Shown here piece after piece: positions 8,633 through 16,478 of a stretch of 20,293 bases of DNA. The stretch's first letter is position 1. Each line of letters opens with the position of its first letter. The notes below the pieces were generated by a model. The model was given only the letters and a program-made list of their open reading frames with translations, did not search any database and was not told the origin of the DNA. The translations under genes and the position numbers were made by a program. Source of the stretch: Ignisphaera sp. (GTDB lineage: Archaea; Thermoproteota; Thermoprotei_A; Sulfolobales; Ignisphaeraceae); contig JAWAHS010000016.1 in NCBI GenBank assembly GCA_038889075.1, positions 16,186-36,478 on the forward strand. The letters run 5' to 3'.

Positions 8633-9394
8633 ATGCCCGCCCTTAAGAGGAAGCTCAAAGGTGGGGTAGCTACTGTGGGCACCTGGGTAACGATAAACCA
8701 CCCTGATGTTGTTGATGCACTGAGTGAACTCCCCTTTGATTGGCTTATATTCGATATGGAGCATGCACCTCTAGAGGTATCCGATATAGAGGTTTTGATG
8801 ATGCCCCTCCGTGGCTGTGAGGTGGCACCTATAGTTAGGGTCCCGTGGAATGATATGGTTGCTATAAAAAGGGCTCTGGATATAGGTGCTGAGGGTATAC
8901 TTATCCCCTGGGTTAGCACAAGGGAAGAGGCTGAGGCTGCTATAAAGTATGTGAGCTATCCACCCCAGGGCCTTAGAGGCTTTGGACCCCGAAGAGCCGT
9001 TAGATACGGTTTTCGCTCCTTCCTAGACTACTATAGCAGATTTGAACCTGAGGAACGCGTGGTGGTAATACAGATAGAAACGGCTAGAGCTCTCGAGAAT
9101 CTAGAGGATATCCTATCAGTAAAAGGAATAGATGTAGCATTCATAGGCCCCGCAGACCTTACAGTAAACCTCGGAATACCCCTACAGTACAGCCACCCAA
9201 TGCTTATAGAGGCTATCAGCAAAACACTAAAAGCCTGTGAAAAATACAACATAGCCGCAGGAATACATGCATTCGATGTCAACCAGGCAAAGAAATACAT
9301 AGAGGAAGGATTCAGATTTATATCAATAGAAGGCGATATAGGTTTCATCATCAGAGCCGCTAAAGATATACTTAAAACCCTCAACCGCATCTAG
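8633..9394 (+). CDS. HpcH/HpaI family class II pyruvate-dependent aldolase (2-keto-3-deoxy sugar-acid type)
   Basis: FDWLIFDMEHAP, PIVRVP, RALDIGAEGILIP, YPPQGLRG, IQIET, FIGPADL. ATG 8633 follows a GGTGG SD. Confidence 0.9.
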   Translation: MPALKRKLKGGVATVGTWVTINHPDVVDALSELPFDWLIFDMEHAPLEVSDIEVLMMPLRGCEVAPIVRVPWNDMVAIKRALDIGAEGILIPWVSTREEAEAAIKYVSYPPQGLRGFGPRRAVRYGFRSFLDYYSRFEPEERVVVIQIETARALENLEDILSVKGIDVAFIGPADLTVNLGIPLQYSHPMLIEAISKTLKACEKYNIAAGIHAFDVNQAKKYIEEGFRFISIEGDIGFIIRAAKDILKTLNRI

Positions 9395-9418
9395 CCAGAA
9401 CTACATCCACACAACCTA

Positions 9419-9443
9419 TTTTCTACTCCCTTTTGGGAGTTTC
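9419..9443 (-). CRISPR. Single (orphan) CRISPR repeat GAAACTCCCAAAAGGGAGTAGAAAA; no spacer array
   Basis: 25 nt, internal hairpin ACTCCC-AAAA-GGGAGT, GAA- 5' end and GAAA(G/A) 3' end typical of crenarchaeal repeats; about 490 bp from csa3. No second full copy seen in the window. Confidence 0.72.
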
Positions 9444-9932
9444 CTGGTCTGTCTCTTTAAAATACTTTGCAGTATACATAGCCTTAGAGTCTCTGAATCT
9501 AGTGGGTTGGTACTCACTTTTAGTTGAAGCAGCTAAAGTTCTCGGATTGCAATAAAAGGTCTCTATTAGTTCACTTTAAGTCGTATGGTAAAGCCTAACG
9601 TCTCTAGATACCAGCAGGAAATGAGAATAGGCTTGAGAGCTTAATAGGTGTAGCCCATGGAAATCCAGTCCAATACATAAAGTCTATTCTTGACATTGAT
9701 TTGATAACCGATAGGGCGGCTCTTAGCCGCCTCTGATAGTAGTTAGCCATATACTTTAATATAACTCTAGGGTTTTCGCAAGTCTATAACGTGTTAATGG
9801 TAAACATGCAGAGTGGAGTTTAAGGAGCTATAGGAGAGGAGGTTGTCCCTATCGTTGCTTTTCGGTATTGCATGGTTATCTAATTTAGTGTTTTGCTAAG
9901 GGTGTGGAGACCTGTCTTGCTCCATTCTATGT
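9444..9932 (-). promoter_or_regulatory. Probable CRISPR leader (non-coding, between the csa3 stop and the repeat)
   Basis: No ORF >=60 aa; TATA-like AAAGTATTTTAAAG on the minus strand about 12 nt before the repeat; contains inverted repeats; position and orientation fit a long type I-A leader. Confidence 0.55.
9715..9731. repeat. Perfect 7-bp GC-rich inverted repeat GGCGGCT-CTT-AGCCGCC
   Basis: Read directly from the sequence. Confidence 0.8.
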
Positions 9933-10571
9933 CTATGGTCTGTACCTGTATCTCCCTCTCTCCACCTTCTCTATGTACCCCATTCTGAGTAGTCTGGTAA
10001 GGATTTTCGATAGCTTTTGCTTGGTTATTCTGTAGCCCGATCTACTCATCTCCTCAGCTATCTCTTTCGGGGTCGCCATTCCCCTCCCCCTTATACACTC
10101 CAGTACCTTTTTAGCTATTTCATCAATCATTCTAGACGACGCTATTCTTCTCTTTATAGCATCTACATCTATGCTTATTATCTCGTTCCTCCCCTCTAGA
10201 GCCATGTATATACTGATGCTATGTGCCTTTAACGGGTTCATGAGTGTGTAGGCTATGTATGTCTCTATCACTAGTAGCCTCAGCCCCCCACCTAGATCCA
10301 GGGTCGCTGGGGCATTTTCTTCAAGAATCCTCAGTATCTTCTCAACCGCTAGAGGAATATCTGTGACGTCTATATCCACCCTCTCAACGTCTACACCAAT
10401 CATGTTGGCGAACTGTTTAAGCATAGCGTAGGCTGTTTCAGCTCTTTGATCTACCTCACCCCTAATACTACCAACGAGGGCTATGATCTTTGCAGGCTTT
10501 ATACTGCTCCTCGTTATTGCCAGCAGCGTGTGGGAGACATCGAAGCCCAGTGTTGTTATTAGTGAAGACAT
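9933..10571 (-). CDS. csa3: CRISPR-associated transcriptional regulator Csa3 (CARF + winged HTH)
   Basis: N-terminal LITTLGFD and LDLGGGLR CARF motifs; C-terminal wHTH (TPKEIAEEM...KQKLSKILTRLLRMGYIEK..RGRY); divergent from the cascade operon. Start ATG 10571 (alternative GTG 10592). Confidence 0.88.
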   Translation of the reverse strand: MSSLITTLGFDVSHTLLAITRSSIKPAKIIALVGSIRGEVDQRAETAYAMLKQFANMIGVDVERVDIDVTDIPLAVEKILRILEENAPATLDLGGGLRLLVIETYIAYTLMNPLKAHSISIYMALEGRNEIISIDVDAIKRRIASSRMIDEIAKKVLECIRGRGMATPKEIAEEMSRSGYRITKQKLSKILTRLLRMGYIEKVERGRYRYRP

Positions 10572-10675
10572 AGGGTTCACCCCAAGGGACACAGGTAGAC
10601 TCTAAAGTGGTAGAGACCTAAAAAATTATTTTAGCTGGCTAGGTATCTGCGGTACACTAGTGGATTTGGATAATA

Positions 10676-10690
10676 GAAAACTTTAAATAG
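10676..10690 (+). promoter_or_regulatory. BRE/TATA promoter of the interference (cascade) operon
   Basis: GAAAACTTTAAATAG about 32 nt upstream of the csa5 ATG; GGTGA SD at 10713-10717. Confidence 0.6.
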
Positions 10691-10721
10691 AGAGACTAGC
10701 GGTAGATAGGCTGGTGACAGA

Positions 10722-10997
10722 ATGTCTGTTGTCCAAAGGTACCCAGGCATTGTTGATTTGTTCAAGAAGTTGGCTGAGAATAGAAGGTATGGCCCTATAG
10801 ATAGACTTGCTAGAGCACTGACCTCAGAAATGGTTAGAGTAGCTCTATACGAGGCTCTTAGAATCGGTGTTACTGAGGGGTGGAGAACGCCATCGGATAG
10901 CGAGGTAGACGCATTTCTCACAGAGGTAGAGAAAAACCTTGGGGTTGCACAGAAGATTGCGGCTATAGCACTCACATCAGCACCAAAGCAGCAGTAG
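10722..10997 (+). CDS. csa5: Type I-A Cascade small subunit Csa5 (Cas11a)
   Basis: 91 aa, predicted helical; Y..IDRLARAL..E.V..ALYEALR pattern; first gene before cas7. Confidence 0.8.
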   Translation: MSVVQRYPGIVDLFKKLAENRRYGPIDRLARALTSEMVRVALYEALRIGVTEGWRTPSDSEVDAFLTEVEKNLGVAQKIAAIALTSAPKQQ

Positions 10998-11010
10998 CTG
11001 GGTGACACCT

Positions 11011-11982
11011 ATGTTCCTCTCCATAAGCTTTAGGCTGAGGGTTGAGGTTGAGGCTCTTAATATGGTAGAGGCAATGGGTGCTTACAGCAGGCACAGAACC
11101 GTATCGCTACTGAAGCCTAGAGGTGAAGGAAGGGGCTATAGACTCATCATCGCCCCAGCCGTCTCGGGTCAGGCTGTAGCCTACGGCTACATGAAGAGCC
11201 TAGTGGAGCTAGCAGCAAAGAAGAATCTACCTCTATGCGATCAGTGTAGAAACTATGAGGTCAAGGGAGGGTTTATAAAGCATGGTACAGACAGCAAAGC
11301 CGATCTAGAGAAACTTGTTAGAGAATGCATAGTTGAAGACCTGACAGGATTCATGGTTGCCGAGGCAAATATAAGGAGAACTTCACCAATACAGTTCAGC
11401 TACATGGTTCCAGATATAGATAGCTCAGATGTAGCTATCGAGCCCCAGTTCCATGTAAGAGCACCTATGCCTGGACAAAAACCGCAGCCCTTCCAAGTAG
11501 AGGCGGGGACAGCTATATACACTCTAGGTGTAGCGCTAGATATAGATAAAATCGGTGTAGTACCCGGGGTGGAAGGTAAACCAAAGAAGGTTGTGAATAA
11601 TAGAGTTGAGAGAGTGAAAACCGCAATTCAAGCAGTAGCAAATCTAATCGAAGGTCTAAGCTTTGGGGCTAAGAAGGCAAGGTACCTACCGATATATGAT
11701 GTTGTAGGGGCGATAGCCGCGCTATCGCATCCAGTACCATTTATGGTATCACCAGCTAGAGTAGGTAGGGATGGTAGCTATATATCGAAGACATTGGCTA
11801 GAGCGTCAAACTATGTAGACCTATTTAAAGATATGAATGAGGAGATATGCATTGTGTATATGGATAAAGAGGGGCTCGCTATAGACGTAAAGGCTATTAA
11901 CGTGAGAGTTGATAGAGCCGATGACGTGTCGGAGCTCATAGCAAAGGTGCTGAAGATCATTGAAGAGAAGGTTAGGGATTAG
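11011..11982 (+). CDS. cas7: Type I-A Cas7 (Csa2/DevR family)
   Basis: EALNMVE..G...RHR, PAVSGQ, LCDQC, FIKH, C.VEDLTGF, RRTS...FSY, QFHVR. ATG 11011 follows GGTGA (alternative GTG 11002). Confidence 0.93.
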   Translation: MFLSISFRLRVEVEALNMVEAMGAYSRHRTVSLLKPRGEGRGYRLIIAPAVSGQAVAYGYMKSLVELAAKKNLPLCDQCRNYEVKGGFIKHGTDSKADLEKLVRECIVEDLTGFMVAEANIRRTSPIQFSYMVPDIDSSDVAIEPQFHVRAPMPGQKPQPFQVEAGTAIYTLGVALDIDKIGVVPGVEGKPKKVVNNRVERVKTAIQAVANLIEGLSFGAKKARYLPIYDVVGAIAALSHPVPFMVSPARVGRDGSYISKTLARASNYVDLFKDMNEEICIVYMDKEGLAIDVKAINVRVDRADDVSELIAKVLKIIEEKVRD

Positions 11983-11984
11983 AT

Positions 11985-12767
11985 GTGAGTAGAGAGCTGT
12001 ATGCTGTACTAGCAGATGTATCAACATATGGTACTGTGTCCATCTATACCCCCTATGCATCTATATCTGCCAATACATATCTTCTACCACCACCAACAAC
12101 AATAGTGGGAGCATTATCTTATGCATACAGTAGATCCTTAAATAGCTTCAGGGAGCTGACAGAGGACGGGTACTCACCGGCTATAGAATTAATAGAGAGG
12201 AAAAAAGTTCTCTACACAGCTGCAGGGATGGTAAAGCCTATTACAGTCTCAAGATCTATAGAGAAGCTGTATCAGCACATATACCTAAAGAAGCCCCACT
12301 GGAGAAAACCTGAAATGGCCTATACCATAGGCGTTCGCCCAGTTGCAACAGTGGATAGACTGCAGATACTTCTTATCATAAGCGATAAAGACTTGCTGAG
12401 GTACTGCTACGGAATAGCAAGGCTTGGGAGAAAAGAGTCTCTAGTTGCAATAGATGATGTGGTTTCCGTGCCCCTGAGGGAGGCCTTAGCTAAGATAGAA
12501 TACTGTGAAACAGGCTTCTACTTCCCACTCAGTATAGCCGTGGATTACTCGCCAAGAGATCTATGGATGGAAGTCGACATACCTATACTCAATAGGGATA
12601 ACTATGCTAAGAGAACAGCTATCTTGGAGCGGTATGTACTACCTAAACCGTTCAGCGATGCAAAAGCCACGGTACATCTAAACAAGGATGGTGCGGCTCT
12701 TAAGATAAGGAAAAGAGATGGGGAAATAGTTGAGGTACCCGTACCGAGACATGCTTTAGAATTATGA
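11985..12767 (+). CDS. cas5: Type I-A Cas5
   Basis: TYLLPPPTTIVGALSY and RLGRKESLV motifs. Confidence 0.92.
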   Translation: MSRELYAVLADVSTYGTVSIYTPYASISANTYLLPPPTTIVGALSYAYSRSLNSFRELTEDGYSPAIELIERKKVLYTAAGMVKPITVSRSIEKLYQHIYLKKPHWRKPEMAYTIGVRPVATVDRLQILLIISDKDLLRYCYGIARLGRKESLVAIDDVVSVPLREALAKIEYCETGFYFPLSIAVDYSPRDLWMEVDIPILNRDNYAKRTAILERYVLPKPFSDAKATVHLNKDGAALKIRKRDGEIVEVPVPRHALEL

Positions 12768-12785
12768 ACACCAGGGTGCTAGGAA

Positions 12786-13865
12786 ATGTCCAGACGCTCA
12801 AGAATATCCAGGCAGCAACCACCAGTGGTAACAGCTCTAAACCTCATAAACCACAGGGGCTACGCATTTGCTTGGTTCTCTGAAATAGCTGTGAATCTAT
12901 GTACAGGTAGGAGCCTCGAGGAGCTTAACCAGAGCAACATCCAAAGCGTTCTATCGGATGTCATTAAATGCTCTAACGACTTGATAGGTAGGTTGCGTAA
13001 AACTGGTAGAGATCCATGTGAGGCTAGAGCTATACCCCTGACGGGAAACGACCCTAAGGAGAAGATGAATCTGTGCTATGCAAATAAAGTATTGAACAAC
13101 TTGCTGTCACTATCGAGGGTGGAGTCCCTACCACTACCTCCAGCACTCTCCCTAGAGTTTGCAGAGTTCACAAGGTCGTTTATGGGTGCAGGTAGCGAGA
13201 AGAGAAAAATCTTCATAGTGGGTGAGGATGTGCTCGCCCTATCGATTATAGGGGCAAGCCTCTCACAATCCTATGCGGTTAATCGTGAGTATGGCTACAT
13301 ATATGTAGAGGTTGTACCTTATATTCTATCTCTAGAGAATATTAGGAGGCTGAACTCTTTAGCAAAGAGAATAACAAGAGTGGTCCAGGTCAACGAGGGC
13401 AGCATAAATGCTATTTTAATTGGTATAGCTACATCGATAAGTATTGTAACCAGGGAGGTTATGAGAGATATACTGAGGCAGGAGGGCCATACTGTAGTGA
13501 ACTACATGAGGATAGCTAGAACAGGGAACAAGATTATGGTGAAGGGCTTCGATTCCATAGACCTTATCCACCTAGCGAAGATCATTAGGGTAAGCGGGAT
13601 CTCCGGTGCACTATACAGTATGTTGAACAGATATCCGTCCAAGGATTACAGCTCCCTAAGGAGGTTCATCGAGTTGGTGACCACAAACTTAATCAAGTAT
13701 CAAAGCTTTAGGAAACCGCAGTATATATATGAGATCCTTAGGTATCTAACATCACCTGAGCTAAACAACGAAGGAGCTGCATGGTACACTAGGAAAGGCG
13801 AGAAGGGACTTGGCTGGAACGAGATCACCGAGAGATTCACAAGACTCTCTACACTTATCAGGTAG
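12786..13865 (+). CDS. Probable type I-A large subunit (Cas8a/Csa4/CsaX-like)
   Basis: 359 aa between cas5 and cas3'. Assigned mainly by position and size; contains PLTGND and P.LSLEF.EF.R but no motif I can diagnose with certainty. Confidence 0.6.
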   Translation: MSRRSRISRQQPPVVTALNLINHRGYAFAWFSEIAVNLCTGRSLEELNQSNIQSVLSDVIKCSNDLIGRLRKTGRDPCEARAIPLTGNDPKEKMNLCYANKVLNNLLSLSRVESLPLPPALSLEFAEFTRSFMGAGSEKRKIFIVGEDVLALSIIGASLSQSYAVNREYGYIYVEVVPYILSLENIRRLNSLAKRITRVVQVNEGSINAILIGIATSISIVTREVMRDILRQEGHTVVNYMRIARTGNKIMVKGFDSIDLIHLAKIIRVSGISGALYSMLNRYPSKDYSSLRRFIELVTTNLIKYQSFRKPQYIYEILRYLTSPELNNEGAAWYTRKGEKGLGWNEITERFTRLSTLIR

Positions 13866-13900
13866 CCAACCTAGCGCCCCAGCCTACATGAGGCTAAAGC

Positions 13901-15646
13901 ATGCTTTTAACTAATAGAGCTCTCATAGATTCTGTCTCAAACTATATAGATCGACTCGATGTAGTAGACCGGGTTATTGTTATAGAGGCTCCTACAGGCT
14001 ACGGAAAATCTGTTGGGGCACCAATCGTAGGCGCACTAAGTTACAAAAAGGGTTTTTCACACAACTTCATACACGTGCTTCCACTAAGAGCCATAGTTGA
14101 GGATCTCTACCTATGTAAGTACCTAGCTGCTGTAAGGCATTCTACAGCTGGCGATAGCCCAGTAGGGTGCAGAGCCCCACCACCAAACGTATTTTGCGAT
14201 GCACTGAAGATAATGGGTGTTGTCGAGGGTGATGTAGCATACCAAATGGGTTTAGACTATATGATTAAAGGTATTGGCGTGAAGGAGCCGACTTATGACG
14301 CAAAGGTGGTCATATCGACACTTGATTCCTTTGCATACAACTTCCTCAGGGTGCCAGTCACAGAGGTGTTTAGGGAGGTAAAGCACTACGCTATCCCGAG
14401 GGCCAGGATATTCACATCATCCATATTTCTGGACGAGATCCACATACTCAATCGATTCGATGACGAGTCCTCTGGAAAATCCCTGGCCTTTCTAAAGGTG
14501 CTACTGGAATTTAGCCTAAAAACATCAACACTCCTCACTATGGCTACAGCAACTCTATGGAGGAAGTTTAGAGAGACTATAGCCTCTTGGTGCAGCGAGG
14601 GAAGAGTGGTATTTTTTACGCTATCGAATAGAGACGAGAAGTCGGGCTCCACCATATACGTAAGAGACCGGGAGTTCGAGGATACCGTAAAGTCGATAAA
14701 ATGGCGTACAGGTATTGTAGAGGAGAGAGACCTTGTATTAAAGGCTACTGAGCATGCTGAATGTGGTGAGAGGGTTCTCATAGTAAGAGATACCATAGAT
14801 TGCGCCGTACACACATTCAGTAAAATCAATGTTGATCCCAGTAAAAAGACTCTTATCCATAGTAGGCTCTGTTTAAGGGATAGAGAGAATGCTGTAGAGA
14901 GGGCTAGAACTACAAAGGTCGTTGTAGCGACACCCATTATTGAAGCGGGTGTTGACTGGGATTTCGATGTAGGGTTTAGGGACGCCACAAACGCGCCATC
15001 CATGGTTCAGGTGTTTGGTAGAGTATGTAGAAATAGAAAGGACTGTGAGGCATCCGTCTACCTAGTTAAAGTAGATGGAGGCTCAAGTAGCTTGGTAGAG
15101 TACATATCTATGAATAGATATATAGACTGGAGGGTACCATACAGCTACACTAGAAATGGAGTGGAGTTCAAAGGGTATAGTGAGGTGCTAGAGAGATCGG
15201 CAACACCTATACATGTAGACCCACGATCAGAGAGTGTCTTTAGGGCACTAACAGCGCCACTCTTTCTCCCATCTAGCTACATAAGGGTCGCTCTGGAAAC
15301 AGCTGGCTACAGCATACTCAAGGAGCCTCTAGCACAGTTCTACGTATATGGACGCACCGGATTGGAGAGGTCAAGGGATGTGAGCGATATCATACTTGGA
15401 ACATTTACCTATACACTAAAATTGGCACAAGATCGCTCACAATGCATCGATAGTTTTGCATGTGTTGTGTATAGGGAAGGTGAGCTGGTTGTGGATTATG
15501 TGGTGGGCGCCTCGACTAACACTATGGAGTACGCACAGCTATACAAAAAGTGCATTGAATTTTCTTCGAGGAATAGAGGTAGACCTATATTCATAGGATT
15601 TGTTCTAAGGGAGGGCTGCTACAGGGATGGAGTGGGGCTCCTATAG
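13901..15646 (+). CDS. cas3: CRISPR-associated helicase Cas3'
   Basis: APTGYGKS (Walker A), VLPLRAIVEDLY, FLDEIH (DExH), TAT, IHSR, IEAGVD.DFD, QVFGRVCR; no fused HD domain. Confidence 0.93.
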   Translation: MLLTNRALIDSVSNYIDRLDVVDRVIVIEAPTGYGKSVGAPIVGALSYKKGFSHNFIHVLPLRAIVEDLYLCKYLAAVRHSTAGDSPVGCRAPPPNVFCDALKIMGVVEGDVAYQMGLDYMIKGIGVKEPTYDAKVVISTLDSFAYNFLRVPVTEVFREVKHYAIPRARIFTSSIFLDEIHILNRFDDESSGKSLAFLKVLLEFSLKTSTLLTMATATLWRKFRETIASWCSEGRVVFFTLSNRDEKSGSTIYVRDREFEDTVKSIKWRTGIVEERDLVLKATEHAECGERVLIVRDTIDCAVHTFSKINVDPSKKTLIHSRLCLRDRENAVERARTTKVVVATPIIEAGVDWDFDVGFRDATNAPSMVQVFGRVCRNRKDCEASVYLVKVDGGSSSLVEYISMNRYIDWRVPYSYTRNGVEFKGYSEVLERSATPIHVDPRSESVFRALTAPLFLPSSYIRVALETAGYSILKEPLAQFYVYGRTGLERSRDVSDIILGTFTYTLKLAQDRSQCIDSFACVVYREGELVVDYVVGASTNTMEYAQLYKKCIEFSSRNRGRPIFIGFVLREGCYRDGVGLL

Positions 15647-15656
15647 GTGACGCTCG

Positions 15657-16478
15657 GTGTGCTACGCCTATAGGGATGATGCCTTCGAAGAACTCTTGCT
15701 GAGCCACCTAATAGGTGTGGGGAGCTGTTGTAAAGAGAGATGGGAGCTCGGTGCACTCTCCAGTAAAATCTCTAGGGCGTTAAAGCTATCCTTAGATGGT
15801 GTGAGGAGTGCCATACTTCTAAGCTCGCTACTACATGATTTAGGTAAGGCCGCACAGATGTTTCAGGAGTGGTGTAGCCAGGGGAGATGCACAGAGTTCT
15901 ACGGCCACTACTTGATATCGGCGTTTCTAATGCATTTAGCCCTAAACACTGCAGGGGTCCTAGTAGAGGGTAGAGACGTCTCTAACTTTATAGAGGATAG
16001 GCTTGACGATATAGATAGGGATAAGATTATAGGTATACTTACAATACTCCCCATAGCTTTCCACCACTACCATCAGGTTGAAGGATTTAGAAGCTACTCC
16101 CTTAGAGATAGTTTGAGAAACTTTGTTGAAAAGCCCAAAATTTGGGGCAGGTGCATGGATGATCTAGACCTGCTCACCAAAAGTATATCTACATATATGC
16201 TCAGCAGCACTCTGTCTAAGGCAGTTGCCAATCTACCTAGCACTCTATCGAATTTAGAGAGACCTAGAGACAGCGGTTTTTACGAATTGTATAGAGGGAG
16301 TAGACTGTTTATCGAGAACTTCTATCATAATATAGTGGAAAGAGGTGTGAGACTGATGGCGGTAACATTATCAGGTGTTATTATAGAGTCGATTACAGGC
16401 TTGGTTAACCTTTGCGATGGCTACGTAGCTTATAGAGCAAGAAGCAGGGCTGGTGGTAAAAATGGTCGCAATATTTAG
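15657..16478 (+). CDS. CRISPR-associated HD nuclease Cas3''
   Basis: L.SHL, LHDLGKA...Q, GHYLIS, FHH, LCD metal-binding motifs; separate gene as in type I-A. Confidence 0.92.
   Translation: MCYAYRDDAFEELLLSHLIGVGSCCKERWELGALSSKISRALKLSLDGVRSAILLSSLLHDLGKAAQMFQEWCSQGRCTEFYGHYLISAFLMHLALNTAGVLVEGRDVSNFIEDRLDDIDRDKIIGILTILPIAFHHYHQVEGFRSYSLRDSLRNFVEKPKIWGRCMDDLDLLTKSISTYMLSSTLSKAVANLPSTLSNLERPRDSGFYELYRGSRLFIENFYHNIVERGVRLMAVTLSGVIIESITGLVNLCDGYVAYRARSRAGGKNGRNI

Noticed and set aside
9311-9356. C-box/D-box-like words (ATGATGA...CTGA) antisense to the aldolase 3' end
   Set aside because: Spacing too short for a two-guide C/D sRNA, no internal C'/D' boxes, and it lies within a CDS.
4158-9640. 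Exact 13-mer TAGGCTTGAGAGC at 4158-4170 and 9628-9640
   Set aside because: A few 13-mer matches are expected by chance in 20 kb; no extension.
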